Shown: positions 25,783 through 40,600 of the stretch, one piece after another
How positions within the stretch are numbered: the first letter of the stretch is position 1
How the letters are laid out: every line of letters starts with the position of its first letter
The notes under the pieces: generated by a model
Database searches by the model: none
The model's input: the letters and a program-made list of their open reading frames with translations, nothing else
Told to the model about the DNA's origin: nothing
From: Mobula hypostoma
Taxonomy: Eukaryota
NCBI RefSeq assembly: GCF_963921235.1
Contig: NC_086097.1
Location: forward strand, 255,814,001-255,878,000
Length of the DNA stretch: 64,000 bases
Direction of reading: 5' to 3'
Made by a program: the position numbers and the translations under genes

Positions 25783-27372
25783 TAATCCAATTTACCACCC
25801 CATCATCCAGATCATTAATATACACGACAAACAACATTGGACCCAGTACAGATCCCTGAGGCACACTACTAGTCACCAACCTCCAATCTGACACACAGTT
25901 ATCCACCACCACTCTCTGGCGTCTCCCTTCCAGCCACTGCTGAATCCATTTTACTACTTCGATATTAATGCCCAATGATTGAACCTTCCTAACTAACCTT
26001 CCGTGTGGAACCTTGTCAAAGGCCTTACTGAAGTCCATATAGAGAACATCCACCTCTTTATCCTCATCAACTTCCCTAGTAACCTCAAAAAATTTAATAA
26101 GATTTGTCAAACATGACCTTCCACGCACAAATCCATGTTGACTGTTCCTAATCAGACCCTGTCTATCCAGATAATTATATATACCATCTCTAAGAATACT
26201 TTCCATGAATTTACCCACCACCGATGTCAAACTCACAGGCTGATAATTACTAGGCTTACTCTTAGAACCCTTTTTAAAACAATGGAACCACATGAGCAAT
26301 ACGCCAATCCTCCAGCACCATCCCCGTTTCTAATGACATTTGAAATATTTCTGTCAGAGCCCCTGCTATTTCCACACTAACTTCCCTCAAGATCCTAGGG
26401 AATATCCTGTCAGGACCTGGAGACTTATCCACTTTTATATTCCTTAAAAGCACCAGTACTTCCTCTTCTTTAATCATCATAGTTTTCACAACTACCCTTC
26501 TTGTTTCCTTTACCTTACACGATTCAATATCCTTCTCCTCAGTGAATACTGAAGAAATTGTTCAAAATGTTCCCCATCTCTTTTGGCTCTGCACATAGCC
26601 GTCCACTCATTCTCTAAGAGACCAATTTTATCCCTCACTATCCTTTCGCTATTAATATAACTGTAGAAACCCTTTAGATTTATTTTCACCTTACTTGCCA
26701 AAGCAGCCTCATGTCATCTTTTAGCTTTTCTAATTTCTTTAAGATTCTTTTTACATTCTTTATATTCCTCGAGCACCTCTAACTCGAAGTTGCCTATGTT
26801 TATTGTCGATCCCTCTCTTTTTCTGAAACAAGTTTGCAATATCCCTTTAAAACCATGGTTCTCTGAAACTTTTAACCTTTCTTTTCAACCTAACAGGAGC
26901 AAAGATCCTGTATCCTCAAAATTTCACCTCTAAATAACCTCTATTTCTCTATTACATCCTTCCTATAAAACAAATTGTCCCAATCCACTCCTTCTAAATC
27001 CTTTCGCATCTCCTCAAAGTTAGCCTTCCTCCAATCAAAAATCTCAACCCTGGGTCCAGTCCTATCCTTCTCCATAATTATATTGAAACTAATGGTATTG
27101 TGATCCCTGGACCCAAAGTGCTCCCCAACACATACCTCCATCACCTGACCCATCTCATTCCCTAACAGGAGATCCACAACACTGCTCCTTCTCCAGTTGG
27201 TACCTCTAAGTATTGCTGCAAAAAAAAAAAAAAAAAAAACAACAACAACAACAACTATCCTGCACACATTTTACAAACTCCAAGCCATCCAGCCCTTTCA
27301 CAGAATGGGCTTCCCAGTCTGTGTGTGGAAAATTAAAATCTCCCACAATCACAACCTTGTGCTTACTACAAA
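25783..27372 (-). mobile_element. CR1 LINE fragment (EN-RT)
   Basis: VGDFNFP, DHNTISF, KSPGPD and [13 protein letters not shown] motifs. Contains an A21/(AAC)n microsatellite at ~27220-27255. Confidence 0.85.
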
Positions 27373-30300
27373 TATAGAACATAGAATAGTACAGCACAGT
27401 ACAGGCCATTCGGCCCACAATGTTGTGCTGATCCTCAAACCCTGCCTCCCATATAAGCCCCCACCTTAAATTCCTCCATACACCTGTCTAGTAGTCTCTT
27501 AAACTTCACTAGTGTATCTGCCTCCACCACTGACTCAGGCTACTCCGAGTAAAAAACCTTCCTCTAATATCCCCCTTGAACTTCCCACCCCTTACCCCAA
27601 AGCCATATCCTCTTGTATTGAGCAGTGGTGTCCTGGGGAAGAGACGCTGGCTATCCACTTTACCTATTCCCCTTATCATCTTGTACACCTCTATCATGTT
27701 TCCTCTCATCCTCCTTCTCTCCAAAGAGAGAAGCCCTAGCTCCCTTAATCTCTGATCATAATGCATACTTTCTAAACCAGGCAGCATCCTGGTAAATCTC
27801 CTCTGTACCCTTTCCAATGCTTCCACATCCTTCCTATTGTGAGGTGACCAGAACGGGATACAGTACTCCAAGTGTAGCCTAACCAGAGTTTTAGAGAGTT
27901 GCATCATTACATCACGACTCTTAAACTCTGTCCCTCGACTTATGAAAGCTAACACCCCATAAGCTTTCTTAACTAGCCTATCCACCTGTGAGGCAACTTT
28001 CAGGGATCTGTGGACATGTACCCCCAGATCCCTCTGCTCCTCCACACTACCAAGAATCCTGCCATTTACTTTGTACTCTGCCTTGGCGTTTGTCCTTCCA
28101 AAGTGTACCACCATACACTTCTCCAGGTTGAAATCCATCTGCCTCTTCTCAGCCCACTTCTGCATCCTATCAATGTCTCTTTGCAACCTTTGACAATCCT
28201 CTACACTATCTACAACACCACCAACCTTTGTGTCGTCTGCAAACTTGCCAACCCACCCTTCTACCCCCACATCCAGGTCGTTAATAAAAATCACAAAAAG
28301 TCGAGGTCCCAGAATAGATCCTTGTGGGACACCACCAGTCACAATCCTCCAATCTGAATGTACTCCCTCCACCACCACCCTCTGCCTTCTGCAGGCGAGC
28401 CAATTCTGAATCCACCTGGCCAAGCTTCCCTGGATCCCATGCCTTCTGACTTTCTGAATAAGTCTACATTGTGGAACCTTGTCAAATGCCTTACTAAAAT
28501 CCATATAGATCACATCCACTGCACTACCCTCATTTATGTGCCTGGTCACCTCCTCAAAGAACTCTATCAGGCTTGTTAGACATGATCTGCCCTTCACAAA
28601 GCCATGCTGACTGTCCCTGATCAGACCATGATTCTCTAAATGCCCAGAGATCCTATCTCTAAGAATCTTTTCCAACAGCTTCCCCACCACAGACGTAACG
28701 CTCTCTGGTCTTATAATTACCTGGACTATCCCTACTACCTTTTTTGAACAAGGGGCCAACATTCACCTCCCTCCATTCCTCCAGTACCATTCCCATGGAC
28801 AATGAGGACATAAAGATCCCAGCCAGAGGCTCAGCAATCTCTTCTCTCGCCTCGTGGAGCAGCCTGGGGAATATTCCGTCAGGCCCCAGGGACTTATCTG
28901 TCCTAATGTATTTTAGCAACTCCAGCACCTCCTCTCCCTTAATATCAACATGCTCCAGAACATCAACCTCACTCATATTGTCCTCACCATCATCAAGTTC
29001 CCTCTCATTGGTGAATACCGAAGAGAAGTATTCATTGAGAACCTCACTCACTTCCACAGCCTCCAGGCACAGCTTCCCACCTTTATCTCTAATCGGTCCT
29101 ACCTTCACTCCTGTCATCTTTTTCTTCACATAATTGAAGAATGCCTTGGGGTTTTCCTTTAGCCTACTCACCAAGGCCTTCTCATGTCCCTTTCTTGCTC
29201 TTCTCAGCCCCTTAAGTTCCTTTCTTGCTTCCCTATATTCCTCAATAGACCCATCTGATCCTTGCTTCCTAAACCTCATGTATGCTGCCTTCTTCCACCT
29301 GACTAGATTGTCACCCATGGTTCCTTCACCCTACCATTCTTTATCTTCCTCACAGGGACAAATTTATCCCTTACATCCTGAAAGAGATCTCTAAACATCG
29401 ACCACATGTCCATAGTACATTTCCCTGCAAAAGCATCATCCCAATTCACACCCGCAAGTTCTAGCCTTATAGCCTCATAATTTGCCTTTCCCCAATTAAA
29501 AATTTTCCTGTCCTCTCTGATTCTATCCTTTTCCTTTTTTTTTAAAATTTTATTTTTTTATTTGGATAAGGAGTTCACAATTATCATGTACTTTTTTCAC
29601 ACATATAACCTTTTCCATTTTTTTATATGTATAAAACTACAATTATTTATACATTCTTAAGTATACATTGAGATGATATAAAAGCAAAATAAACATTTAA
29701 ATAGATAATTATGTACTGTGGTAAATCTAACCTATTAGGCTAAGTAATGAAATTAGTTGTTAAGAAAAATGGTAATAATAGTTTCCATACAACCCTTCTG
29801 GACCATTTCCACTGGTCCAAAATGTTGCATACAAGCCTATATACCAACCATTGTAGGTGTTTATATCCCAATTTGTTCGTGCTTGTTCCTGCCCGCAGAC
29901 ATAATTATCCAATCCCTATGTACTTATTTACTTAATTTTTTCATTTTTTTTTATCCCTTTCCCAAATCTTTCCCTTTACTTGTGTTAATTCTCTATTTTC
30001 CAAAAAAAAACAAACATTTAGACTAGGGGTGCTTACATTAGCAATATTACTGTGTTGATGAGAAGAGCAATATAAATCATTAGGAGAGTCATCTAAAGTC
30101 TGCTCGCATTGGGGTTATATATTCAATCCATTTATTCCAGATTTGATAAAATGTTTCTTTTTGAGTTCTCAGGGAGTAGGTCAACTTTTCCATTTTAAAT
30201 ATTTCCAAGATAATTTCGTACCAATCTTCTAATGTAGGTGGTATTGGATTTAGCCATTTTCTAGTGATTGATTTCTTACTTGCCGCTAAGAGGGCCTGCA

Positions 30301-33120
30301 GCAACTTCATATCTTCCTTCTGTTCAAGGAACAATACATGCCCCAAATAGAGCGTCTCAAAGTTCAGAGGTATCTGGGACCTAAGTACCTTAACTAATGT
30401 TCTATGAATACCTTCCCAAAATAGACTTAATTTAGGGCAATTCCAGAAAATATGAAAATGATTTGCCTCCTTGGAGCTGCACCTTCTCCAACACATCACA
30501 TTTGTATCTTTATATTTTTCCTGATATGGGGTCTTGAAGTATCTTATAATGTTTTTCCAACAATGTTTTCTCCAAGTCAAAGAATTAGTCGAGGACCATT
30601 GAAAGCTGCAGATTTTCCCCCAAGCCTCCTCTGAAAGTACCAACCCCGCTTCTTTCTCCCACTTCTCTTTAATATACAGTGTATTTACATTTTTAGCATG
30701 GGAGAGTGCATTATATAGGCGAGAAACTGATTTACTAAGTATTGAACTGCAAGCCGAATTCAGAATCTTGAAAAATTCTAATTCTACTGTTGATAGGTCT
30801 GTATATCTACAACTCTGGTTAACATAGTTTCGTATTTGAAGGTACCTAAAAAAGTCATTGTGTTCTAGGCCATGTTTGTCCTGCAGGATTTGGAAACTTT
30901 GTAATACTCTTTTATCTATAAATGAGAGGTAGGTTGTAAGACCTTTCTTTATCCATAGCTCAAATCTTTTATCTCCTCTGTTGGGAAGGAATTCGGTATC
31001 ATATGCACACCATCTAAAGAGTTTTAGTATGTTATTAATTCCACATGAATTAACCACCTTCTGCCATACTTTTAATGTAAGATTTATCCAAGCATTATTA
31101 AATTTTTCCAACTGGGCCATCAATCCTTTGTCAGCTATTGAGGCCTGAAGAGGAAAACTGTCAACTAATCCAAATTCTATTTCCTTCCATCTAGCCTTAT
31201 ATTCCCTATTACACCAATATAACAGAGGGGTTTATCTGTGAGGCATAAAAATAATTTCTCAGGCAAGGAAGAACCATACCTCCTCTTTCCTTCCCTAACT
31301 GTAAAGTGTTATATCGAATTCTAGGTTTCCTTCCTTGCCAAATGAAGCGGGAAATCCATTTGTCCCATTCCCTGAATTGATTATCATCCACCTCCACTGG
31401 TAAAGTACGGAAAATATATAATAACAGAGGAAGAATATTCATTTTTATAGTATTTATCCTTGAATTTAAACTTAAAAAGGGGATAAGATTCCATCTATGC
31501 ATATCTGCTTTTATCTCTGAGATTAATGGCCCATAATTTACCTGTGACAGTGTTGAAAGATCCTTCGGCAGGGTTATTCCTAAATATTTTAATGATTTAG
31601 CTTCCCACTTAAGATCGTATGTATCCTGCAATTTTTTGGATGGTGTATAATTTAGGGACATAACCTGCGTTTTCTTTACATTTATTTTATAACCTGATAT
31701 TTTCCCAAAGTCATCCAACAGTGTAAACAATCCTATAAATGATTTTTCTGGTTCACTCAGATAGACCAAAACATCTGCGAATAACGCCACTTTCTGTTCA
31801 ATCCCTGCCACCTTGATACCTTTTACGATTTCGCTCTGTCTTATTAGTTGGGCAAGTGGTTCAATATATAGCGCAAAAAGGAGAGGAGAAATTGGGCATC
31901 CCTGTCTAGTGCCTCTCTCTAAAATGAAGGAGTCAGAGAGGTCCCCATTTATCTTAATTCGGGCTGTTGGGCTGTCATACAGAGTCTGAATTACTTTAAT
32001 AAACCTTTCTTGAAAGCCGAATCTTCCTAACACTCTGTATAGGAATGCCCAACTAACCGAATCAAAAGCTTTCTCAGCGTCCAATCCTACTACCATTGTC
32101 TCTGTCTCGTTCTTATTAACCTGTTCTAATATGTGCAGAGTTCTCCTTATGTTGTCCTGTGTTTGTCTTTGTTGAATAAATCCAGTCTGGTCTAAATGGA
32201 TTAGGCCAGGTAAAAGCTTTTCCAATCTGTGCGCTAATATAGATGTAAATAGTTTGTAATCTAAATTAAGAACACTAATTGGCCGATAATTGCCACATTC
32301 TAGTTTATCTTTACCCTCTTTAGGAATAACTGAAATAATCGCTTCTCTCCAGGAAGGTGGAGTTTCTCCTCTCTGCAAGATCCAATTAAAGGTGTTAAGT
32401 AGTAATGGGGCTAACTGTGTCTTCAGGGACTTGTACCACTCTGAGGTAAACCCATCAGAACTCGGGGACTTTCCAGCCTTTAACCTAGAGATGGCCACGT
32501 TCAGTTCTTTGACAGTTACTGGTTCTAATAAACTTTCATTTTGTAAATCTGTAAGTTTAGGTAGATCTAAAAAATTCAATACACTGTCTATATAGGGCTC
32601 ATTGGGGGGCCCGGGGTTGGGAGTACAGCTCTCGATAATACGTTTCAAAACTCTCTTGAATTTTCCCTATTGTACTCTCCACAAGCTTTGTCTTTGGATT
32701 CTTTATTTTATGAATTGTAATGTCTGCTTGTTGTTTTCGTAATTTATATGCTAATAATCTAGCTGATTTACCTCCTACTTCATAATTCTTTTGTCTCAGG
32801 TAAAGAAAATTTCCTTGAGTTTCCAACGTATAAATATCATCAATTTCACTTTGCAATTTCCTAATTGATTCTATCCTTTTCCATGATAATGCTAAAGGCC
32901 AGGGAGTGGTGGTCACTGTCCCCCAGATGCTCACCCACTGAGAGATCTGTGACCTGACGTGGTTCATTACCTAGTACCAGATCTGGTATGGCATTCCCCC
33001 GGTCAGCCTGTCCACATGCTGTGACTGGAATCCGTCCTGGACACACTTAAACTCTGCCCCATCTAAACCCTTGGAACTAATCATGTGCTAATCAATATTA
33101 GGGAAGTTAAAGTCACCTAT
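27373..33120 (-). mobile_element. CR1 LINE ORF2 (young family) interrupted by an L1 insertion
   Basis: 417-aa RT ORF 27509..28762 and upstream ORF 28659..29318. EN part (HLGDSDHHSLAF) resumes at 32883. 3' tail atagaacatagaatag. Confidence 0.9.
29535..32865 (-). mobile_element. L1/Tx1-clade LINE, 5'-truncated, young
   Basis: ORF2 pieces 32599..32967, 31209..32648 (NYRPISVLNLDYK, LDAEKAFDSV, RGTRQGCPISPLLF, ALFAD-VL, KYLGI) and 30089..31123 (CWRRC..HIFWNC CCHC). AT-rich 3'UTR and poly(A). Perfect 17-bp TSD tgattctatccttttcc at 29518-29534 and 32866-32882. Confidence 0.95.
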
Positions 33121-36100
33121 GATAACAACCCTATTCCTTAATATCTGCTATCTCCTTACAAATTTGCTCCTCCAAGTCTTGTTCCCCATTAGGTGGTCTA
33201 TAATACACCCCTATAAGCATCACTACACCTTTCCCTTCCTCAATTCCACCCAAATAGCCTCCCTAGACGAGTCTACTAATCTATCCCGCCAGAGGACTGT
33301 TATATTTTCTCTGACAAGCAATGCAACACTCCCCCTCTTGCCCCTCTGATTCTATTACACCTGAAGCAACGAAATCCAAGAATATTTAGTTGCCAATCAC
33401 ACCCCTCCTTCAACCAGGTTTCACTAATAGCTACATCATCACATTTCCAGGTATCAATCCACACTCTAAGCTCATCCACCTTTCTTCCAATGCTCCTAGC
33501 ACTAAAATAGATGCATTTAAGAAACTCTCCACCTCTTACTGTTTATCCTTAATTGAGCAAACAACTTCATCTTTTTTTTCCCTTCTCCCCTACATCTTTA
33601 GTCTGAGTGCTCCTGATCTGTCCCCTGCCTATCCTCCCTCACACACTGTCTACTAGCTTTCTCCATTTGTGAACTAACCTCCTCTCTCCTAGTCTCTTCA
33701 ATTTGATTCCCACCCCCACAACCATTCTCATTTAAAGTTTCCTCAGTAGCCTTCACAAATCTCCCCGCCAGGATATTGGTCCCCCTAGGATTTGCCCTCT
33801 TGTCCTAGATTCCGACACCATGGGAAGCATCCTTGCCACGTCTACCGTCTAGAGTTTTCAATATTTGAAAGGTTTCAATGAGATCTCCCCTTTTATCCTT
33901 CTAATTTCCAGTGAGTACAGACCCAGAGTCTCATATGACAACCCTTTCATTCCTGGAATCATCTTTGTGAATCACCTCTGGACCCTCTCCAATGCCAGTA
34001 CAGCTTTTCTTTTGAGGAGTTCAAAACTGTTCACAATACTCAAGATAAGGGCTCAACAGTGGCTCATAAAGCTTCAGCATCACATCCTTGTTCTTGTATT
34101 CTGGACTCTTAAAATGAATTCTAACACTGCAGTTCCCTTCTTCACCACTGACTCTACCTGCAAGTTAACCTTTAGGGTGTTCTGCACAAGGACCCCCAAG
34201 TCTATTTGCAACTCAGACTTTTGGATTCTTCCCCCCCCCCCCATTTAGGAAAGAGTCTGCACATTTATTTCTACTACCAAATCACATGACCATGCATTTT
34301 CCAACATTGTATTTCGTTTGCTACTATCTTGCCCATTATCCAAATCTGACCAAGTCCTTCTGCAGCCTACCTGTTTCCTGAACATGACCTGCCCCTCCAC
34401 CAACTGCTGCAGAACCAGGAAAGGATCAAGGTGCATGTGGCACCTTGTCAAAGGCCTTCTGGAAGTCCAAATATACAACATCCACTGACTGCATCCCCTT
34501 TATCTACCCTACTTGCAGTCTCCTCAGAATTCCAGCAGGTTCGTCGGGCAGGGTTTCCCCTGAAGGAAGCCGTGCTGACTTTGTCCTACCTTGTCCAGTG
34601 TCACCAAGTATTCCATAACCTCATCCTTAACAATTGACTAACATCTTCCCAACCACTGAGGTCAGACTAACTGATTTATAATTTCCTTTCTGTTACCTTC
34701 TTCCTTTCTTAAAGAGGACAAAAGCTTTGTGAACAAAGGATTGGGGGGCACTACATCTCTGGTCCCTTAGAATACCTTCAATAATTTTCCCATAACTAAT
34801 ATCAGACTCACGAGCCCATAATTTCCTAGTTTATGTTTAGAACCTTTCTTAAAGAGTGGAACATCATTGGCAATCCTCCAGTTCTCCAGCATCTCTCCTA
34901 TTGCCAAAAGTGTTTTAAATATCTCTGCTAAGGCACAGCAGTTTCTGCGCTTTCCTCTCATTGGGTCTGGGGGAACACCTTGTTAGGCCTTGGGGATTTA
35001 TCCACCCTGATTTGCCTCAGGATAGTAAACACCTCTTCCTCCTCCAATCTGAAGTTGATGCTACTTTGCCTCGCTTCTCTAACTTGTGGGTCTCCCACAC
35101 AAACACAGCTGCAAAGAATGCATTTAAGATCTCCCCCATCTGTTTTGGCTCCACTAATGGATTATCATTCGGGTGTTCCAGAGGACCATTTTGTCCCTAG
35201 CAATCATTTTGCTCTTAACATACCTGTAGAATCAAGATGAGAAAATCTGCAGATGGTAGAAATCCAAGCAGCACACACAAAGTGCTCCAGGAACCAGCAG
35301 GCCAGGCAGCAATTGTATCGAGTAGAGTCAATGTTTCAGGCAGAGGCCAGTCCTACACCAGTCCTGATGAAGTGACTCCACCTGAAATGTCCTGTTTACT
35401 CTTTTCCATAGAAGCTGCCGAGCCAGCTGAGTTCCTCCTACATTTTGTGCCAGTTACCTGAAGAATCCCTTGGGATTCTCCTTCACCTTGGGATTCTCCT
35501 TCATCTTGCCTGCTGAAGCACTTCATGCTTTCTTTTAACCTTCCTGATTTCTTTGTGTTCTCTTGTACATCTTGTACTCCATAAGCACCTCATTTGCTCC
35601 GACATGCCTATACCTGCAATGCACCTCCTTTTCTCTCTTAACCAGGGCCTCAATAGCCCTTGAAAAATAAGGTTTCCTACACTTGATGACTTTACTCTTT
35701 ATTCTGACAGGCACACATGTATAAGCTTTGTACTCTCAATGTTTTGTTTTTGAAGTCCTCCCACTTTCCAAGTACATCTTTGCCAGAAAACAGCCTGTCC
35801 CAATCTACACTTGCCAGATCATTTCTGATACCATCAAAATTAGTGTTTCACTAATTTAGAATTTCAACCCGCACACCAGACCCATCTCTTTGCATAGTTA
35901 CTTTGAAACTAATCGCATTGTGGTCATTGGATGTAAAGTGCTCCCCTACCCAGACTAATACCTCAGCAGGATCTGGACCAGCAAGATATAATGGGCTGAA
36001 AAATGGCAGATGGAATATTTAATGCAGACAAGTGCAAGGTCTTGCACTTCATTAGAACCAAACAGGGTAGAATTTACACAGTTACACAGTGAGTAGTGTG

Positions 36101-36730
36101 GTAGAACAAAGGGATCTGGGAATAGACGTCCATGATTCATTGAAAGTCGTGTCACAGACAGATAGGGTAATAAAAGAAATCTTTTGGTACATTGGCCTTA
36201 TAGGCCAAAGTATTGAGTACAGGAGATAAGATGTTATGTTGAAGTTGCATAGACATTAGAGAGGCCTAATTTGGAGTATTGTATGCAGCACCTACCTACA
36301 GGAAAGATGTAAATGACATTGAAAGAGCACAAAAAATTCAGAAAAGTGGTGCCAGGTTTGAAGGACCCGAGTCATTACGAAAGATTGAATTGGTTCAGAT
36401 TTATTCTTTGGAACGCAGAGTATTGAGAGGACATTTGATAGAAGTATACAAAATTATGACAGGTACAGATGGAGTAAATACAAGCAGGCTTCCCGCCCCT
36501 GGCTCCTAGAGGTTGGGTAGGACTAAAACTAAAAGTCATTGGTTAAGGATGAAAGGCGAAAAGTTTGAACGAAGAACATAGAAATCTACCGCACAGTACA
36601 GGCCCCTCAGCCTACAATATTTCACTGACCATGTAACCTACTCGAGAAACTGCCTAAAATTACCCTACCATATAGCCCTCTATTTTCCCAAGCTCCATGT
36701 ACCTATCTAAGGGGCACTTAAAAGACCCTA
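33121..36730. mobile_element. Decayed CR1 fragments (mostly minus; plus at ~35960-36570), with a Penelope-derived inverted element at ~35235-35450
   Basis: EN and RT remnants. aaatctgcagatg..agcaggccaggcagca..cagtcCTGATGAagtgactccacctGAAAtgtc. Confidence 0.7.
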
Positions 36731-36731
36731 T

Positions 36732-39700
36732 TAGAAACCATAGAAAAACTACAGCCTTTTGGCCCTTCTTGACTGTGCCAAACCATTTTCTGCCTAGTCC
36801 CACTGACCTGCACACGGACCATATCCCTCCATACACCTCCCATCCATGTATCTGTCCAATTTATTCTTAAATGTTAAAAAAGAACCCGCATTTACCACCT
36901 TGTCTGGCAGCTCATTCCATACTCCCACCACTCTCTGTGTGAAGAAGCCCCCCCTAATGTTCCCTTTAATCTTTTCCCCCCTCACCCTTAACCCATGTCC
37001 TCTGGGTTTTTTTCTCCCCTTGCCTCAGTGGAAAAAGCCTGCTTGCATTCACTATCTATACCCATCATAATTTTATATACCTCTATCAAATCTCCCCTCA
37101 TTCTTCTACGCTCCAGGGAATAAAGTCCTAACCTATTCAACCTTTCTCTGTAACTGAGTTTCTCAAGTCCTGGCAACATCCTTGTAAACCTTCTCTGCAC
37201 TCTTTCAACCTTATTTATATCCTTCCTGTAATTTGCATTCCAGCTCTTATACTCAATACTTCAATTAATAAAGGCCAATGTATCAAAAGCTCTCTTTATG
37301 ACTCTACCTACCTATGACACCACTTATAGGGAATTTTGTATCTGTATTCCCAGATCCCTCTGTTCTACTGCACTCCTCAGTGCCTTACCATTTACCTTGT
37401 ATGTTCTTCCTTGGTTTGTCCTTCCAAAGTGAAATACCTCACACTTATCTGTATTAAACTCCATCTGCCATTTTTCAGCCCATTTTTCCAGCTGGTCCAA
37501 GTCCTTCTGCAAGCTTTGAAAACCTTCCTTACTGTCCAATACACCTCCAATCTTTGTATCATCAGCAAACTTGCTGATCCAATTTACCACATTATCATTC
37601 AGATCATTGATATAGATGACAAATAACAATGGACCCAGCACTGATCCCTGTGGCACACCACCAGTCACAGGCCTCCACTCGGAGAAGCAATTCTCTACTA
37701 CCACTCTTTGGCTTCTTCCATTGAGCTAATGTCTAATCCAATTTACCACCTCTCCATGTATACCTAGCGACTGAATGTTCCTAACTAACCTCCCATGCGG
37801 GGCCTTACTGAAGTCCATGTAGACAATATCCACTGCCTTCCCTTCATCCACTTTCCTGGTAACCTCCTCAAAAAAACTCCAATAAATTGGTCAAACATGA
37901 CCTACCACACACAAAGCCATGTTGACTCTCCCTAATAAGTCCCTGTCTATCCAAATGCTTGTAGATTCTGTCTTAGTACTCCCTGCAATAACTTACCCAC
38001 TACTGACGTCAAGCTTAGCAGCCTATAATTTCCCAGATTACTTTTCGACCCTTTTTTAAACAACGGAACAACATGAGCCATTCTCCAATCCTCCGGCACC
38101 TCACCCATAGACACCGACATTTTAAATATATCTGCCAGGATCCCTGCAATTTCAACACTAGTCTCCTTCAAGGTCCAAGGGAATACCCTGTCAGGTTCTG
38201 GGGATTTATCCACTTTAATTTGTCTCATGATAGCAAGCACCTCCTCCTTTTCAATCTGTACAGTTTCCATGGTCTCACTACTTGATTCCCTTAATTCCAT
38301 AGACTTCATGCCAGTTTCCTTAGTAAATACAGATGCAAAAAACCCATTTAAGATCTCCCCCATTTCTTTTGGTTCCGCACATAGCCGACCACCCTGATCT
38401 TCAAGAGGACCAATTTTATCCCTTACAATCCTTTTACTCTTAATATACCCGTAAAAGCACTTTGGATTATCCTTCACTTTGACTGCCAAGGCAACCTCAC
38501 GTCTTCTTTTAGCCCTCTTGATTTCCTTCAAGTATTTTCTTGCACATTTTATACTCCTCAAGCACCTTATTTACTCCGTTTCCTATACATGTCATACAGC
38601 TCTCTTCTTCTTTATCAGAGTTGCAATATCCCTTGAGAACCAAGGTTCCTTATTCCTATTCACTTTGCCTTTAATCCTGACAGGAACATACAAACTCTGC
38701 ACTCAAAATTTCTCCTTTGAAGGCTTCCCACTTACTGATCACATCCTTACCAGAGAACAACCTGTCCTAATCCACACTTTTTAGATCCTTTCTCATTTCT
38801 TCAAATTTGGCCTTTTTCCAGTTTAGAACCTCAATCCTAGGACCAGATCTATCTTTATCCATGATCAAGTTGAAACTAATGGTGTTTTGATCACTGGAAC
38901 CAAAGTGCTCCCCTACACACACTTCCCTCACTTGTCATAACTCGTTTCCAAACAGGAGATCCAATGTTGCATCCCCTCTAGTTGGTCCCTCTATATATTG
39001 ATTTAGAAAACTTTCCTGAACACATTTTACAAACACTAAACCATCTAGACCCCTAACAGTATGGGAGTCCCAATCAATGTATGGAAAATTAAAATACCCT
39101 ACCACCACAACTTTATGTTTCCTGCAGTTGCCTGCTATCTCTCTGCAGATTTGTTCCTCCAATTCTCACTGACTATTGGGTGGTCTATAATACAACCCCA
39201 CTAATGTGGCCATACCTTTCCTGTTTCTCAGCTCCACCCATAAGGACTCAGTAGACAAACCCTCTAATCTGTCCTGCCTGAGCACTGCTGTAACATTTTC
39301 CCTGACAAGCAATGCTACCCCACTCCCACCTTTCATTCCTCTGCCTCTATCACATCTGAAACATCGGAACCCTGGAATATTAAGCTGCCAGTCCTGCCCC
39401 TCCTGTAGCCAAGTTTCACTAATTGCTATAAATGTCATAATTCCACGTGTCAATCCACGCCCTCAACTCATCCGCCTTCCCCGCAATACTCCTAGCATTG
39501 AAATATATACACCTCAGAAGATTTTTACCACCACTCACAACCTTTCTATTAGTGGATTTGCTTAAACTTTTAACATCATTTATTTTCACCCCAGCCATAC
39601 TGTCAGCTCTGGCACTCTGGTTCCCATCCCCCTGCAAATCTAGTTTAAAGCCTCCCCAATAGCACTAACAAACCTCCCTGAAAGGATTTTGGTCCCCTTG

Positions 39701-40600
39701 TAGTTCAAGTGTAACCCGTCTCTCTTGTACAGGTCCCACCTACCCCAGAAGAGGTCCCAATGATCCTGAAATCTGAAACCCTGCCCCCTACACCAGTTCC
39801 TCAGCCACTTGTTCATCCTCCAGAGCATTCTATTCCTTTGTTCATCCTCCAGAGCATTCTATTCCTACCCTCACTGGCACGTAGTACAGGTAGCAATCCT
39901 AAGATTACCACCCTCGAGGTCCTGCTTTTCAACTTCCTACCAAACTCTCTATACTCACTCTCCAGGACCTCCTCACTCTTCCTGTTATGTCATTGGTACC
40001 GATGTGCACCACGACATCTGGCTGATCACCCTCCCACTTCAGAATGTCATGCAAGCGATCAGAGACATCCTTGACCCTGGCACCCGGGAGGCAACAAACC
40101 ATCCTGGATTCTCTGTCACAACCACAGAACCTCTAACTATCGAGTCCCCTATCACTACCGCTCTCCTCTTTTTCCTCCCTCCCTTCTGCACTGTAGAACC
40201 AGACTCAGTGCCAGAGATCTGGCTGCTGCAGCTTGTCCCAGGTAAGTCATTCCCGCCCCCCCCCCAGAAGTATCCAATGCGGTATACTTATTGTTGAGGG
40301 GAATGGCCACAGGGGAACCCTGCTCTGCTTGCCCTTTCCTCTTCCCTCACCTGAAGGTGACCCAATTTCCCATGCTCTGTAACTATTATCTATAATCTCT
40401 TCATTCTCCCGAATGATCCACAGGTCATCCAGCTCCTGCTCCAATTCTCTAACGCGGTTTGTTAGGAGCTGCAGCTGGATGCACTTCTTGCAGGTGTCGT
40501 TGTCAGGGACACCGGAGGGCTCCCTGACTTCCCACATCCTGCAAGAGGAGCATTCCAACATCCTGCCTGGCATTCTCACTACTCTATTGTCAGCAGTGTA
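36732..40600 (-). mobile_element. Near full-length CR1 LINE (ORF1 zinc finger + SGNH esterase, ORF2 EN + RT), decayed
   Basis: ORF1: ECSSCRMWEV..TCKKC..LTNRVRELEQELDDL, GDSIVRG and DGLHLN. ORF2: CIYFNARSI, AISETWL, GLYYRPP, KSPEPD and KFADDTK. 3' tail at 36732. Confidence 0.9.

Noticed and set aside
39810..39866. 28-bp tandem duplication (also a short duplication near 35468-35505 and a ~72-bp one at 63045-63160)
   Set aside because: These are local slippage duplications inside repeats with no sign of function.
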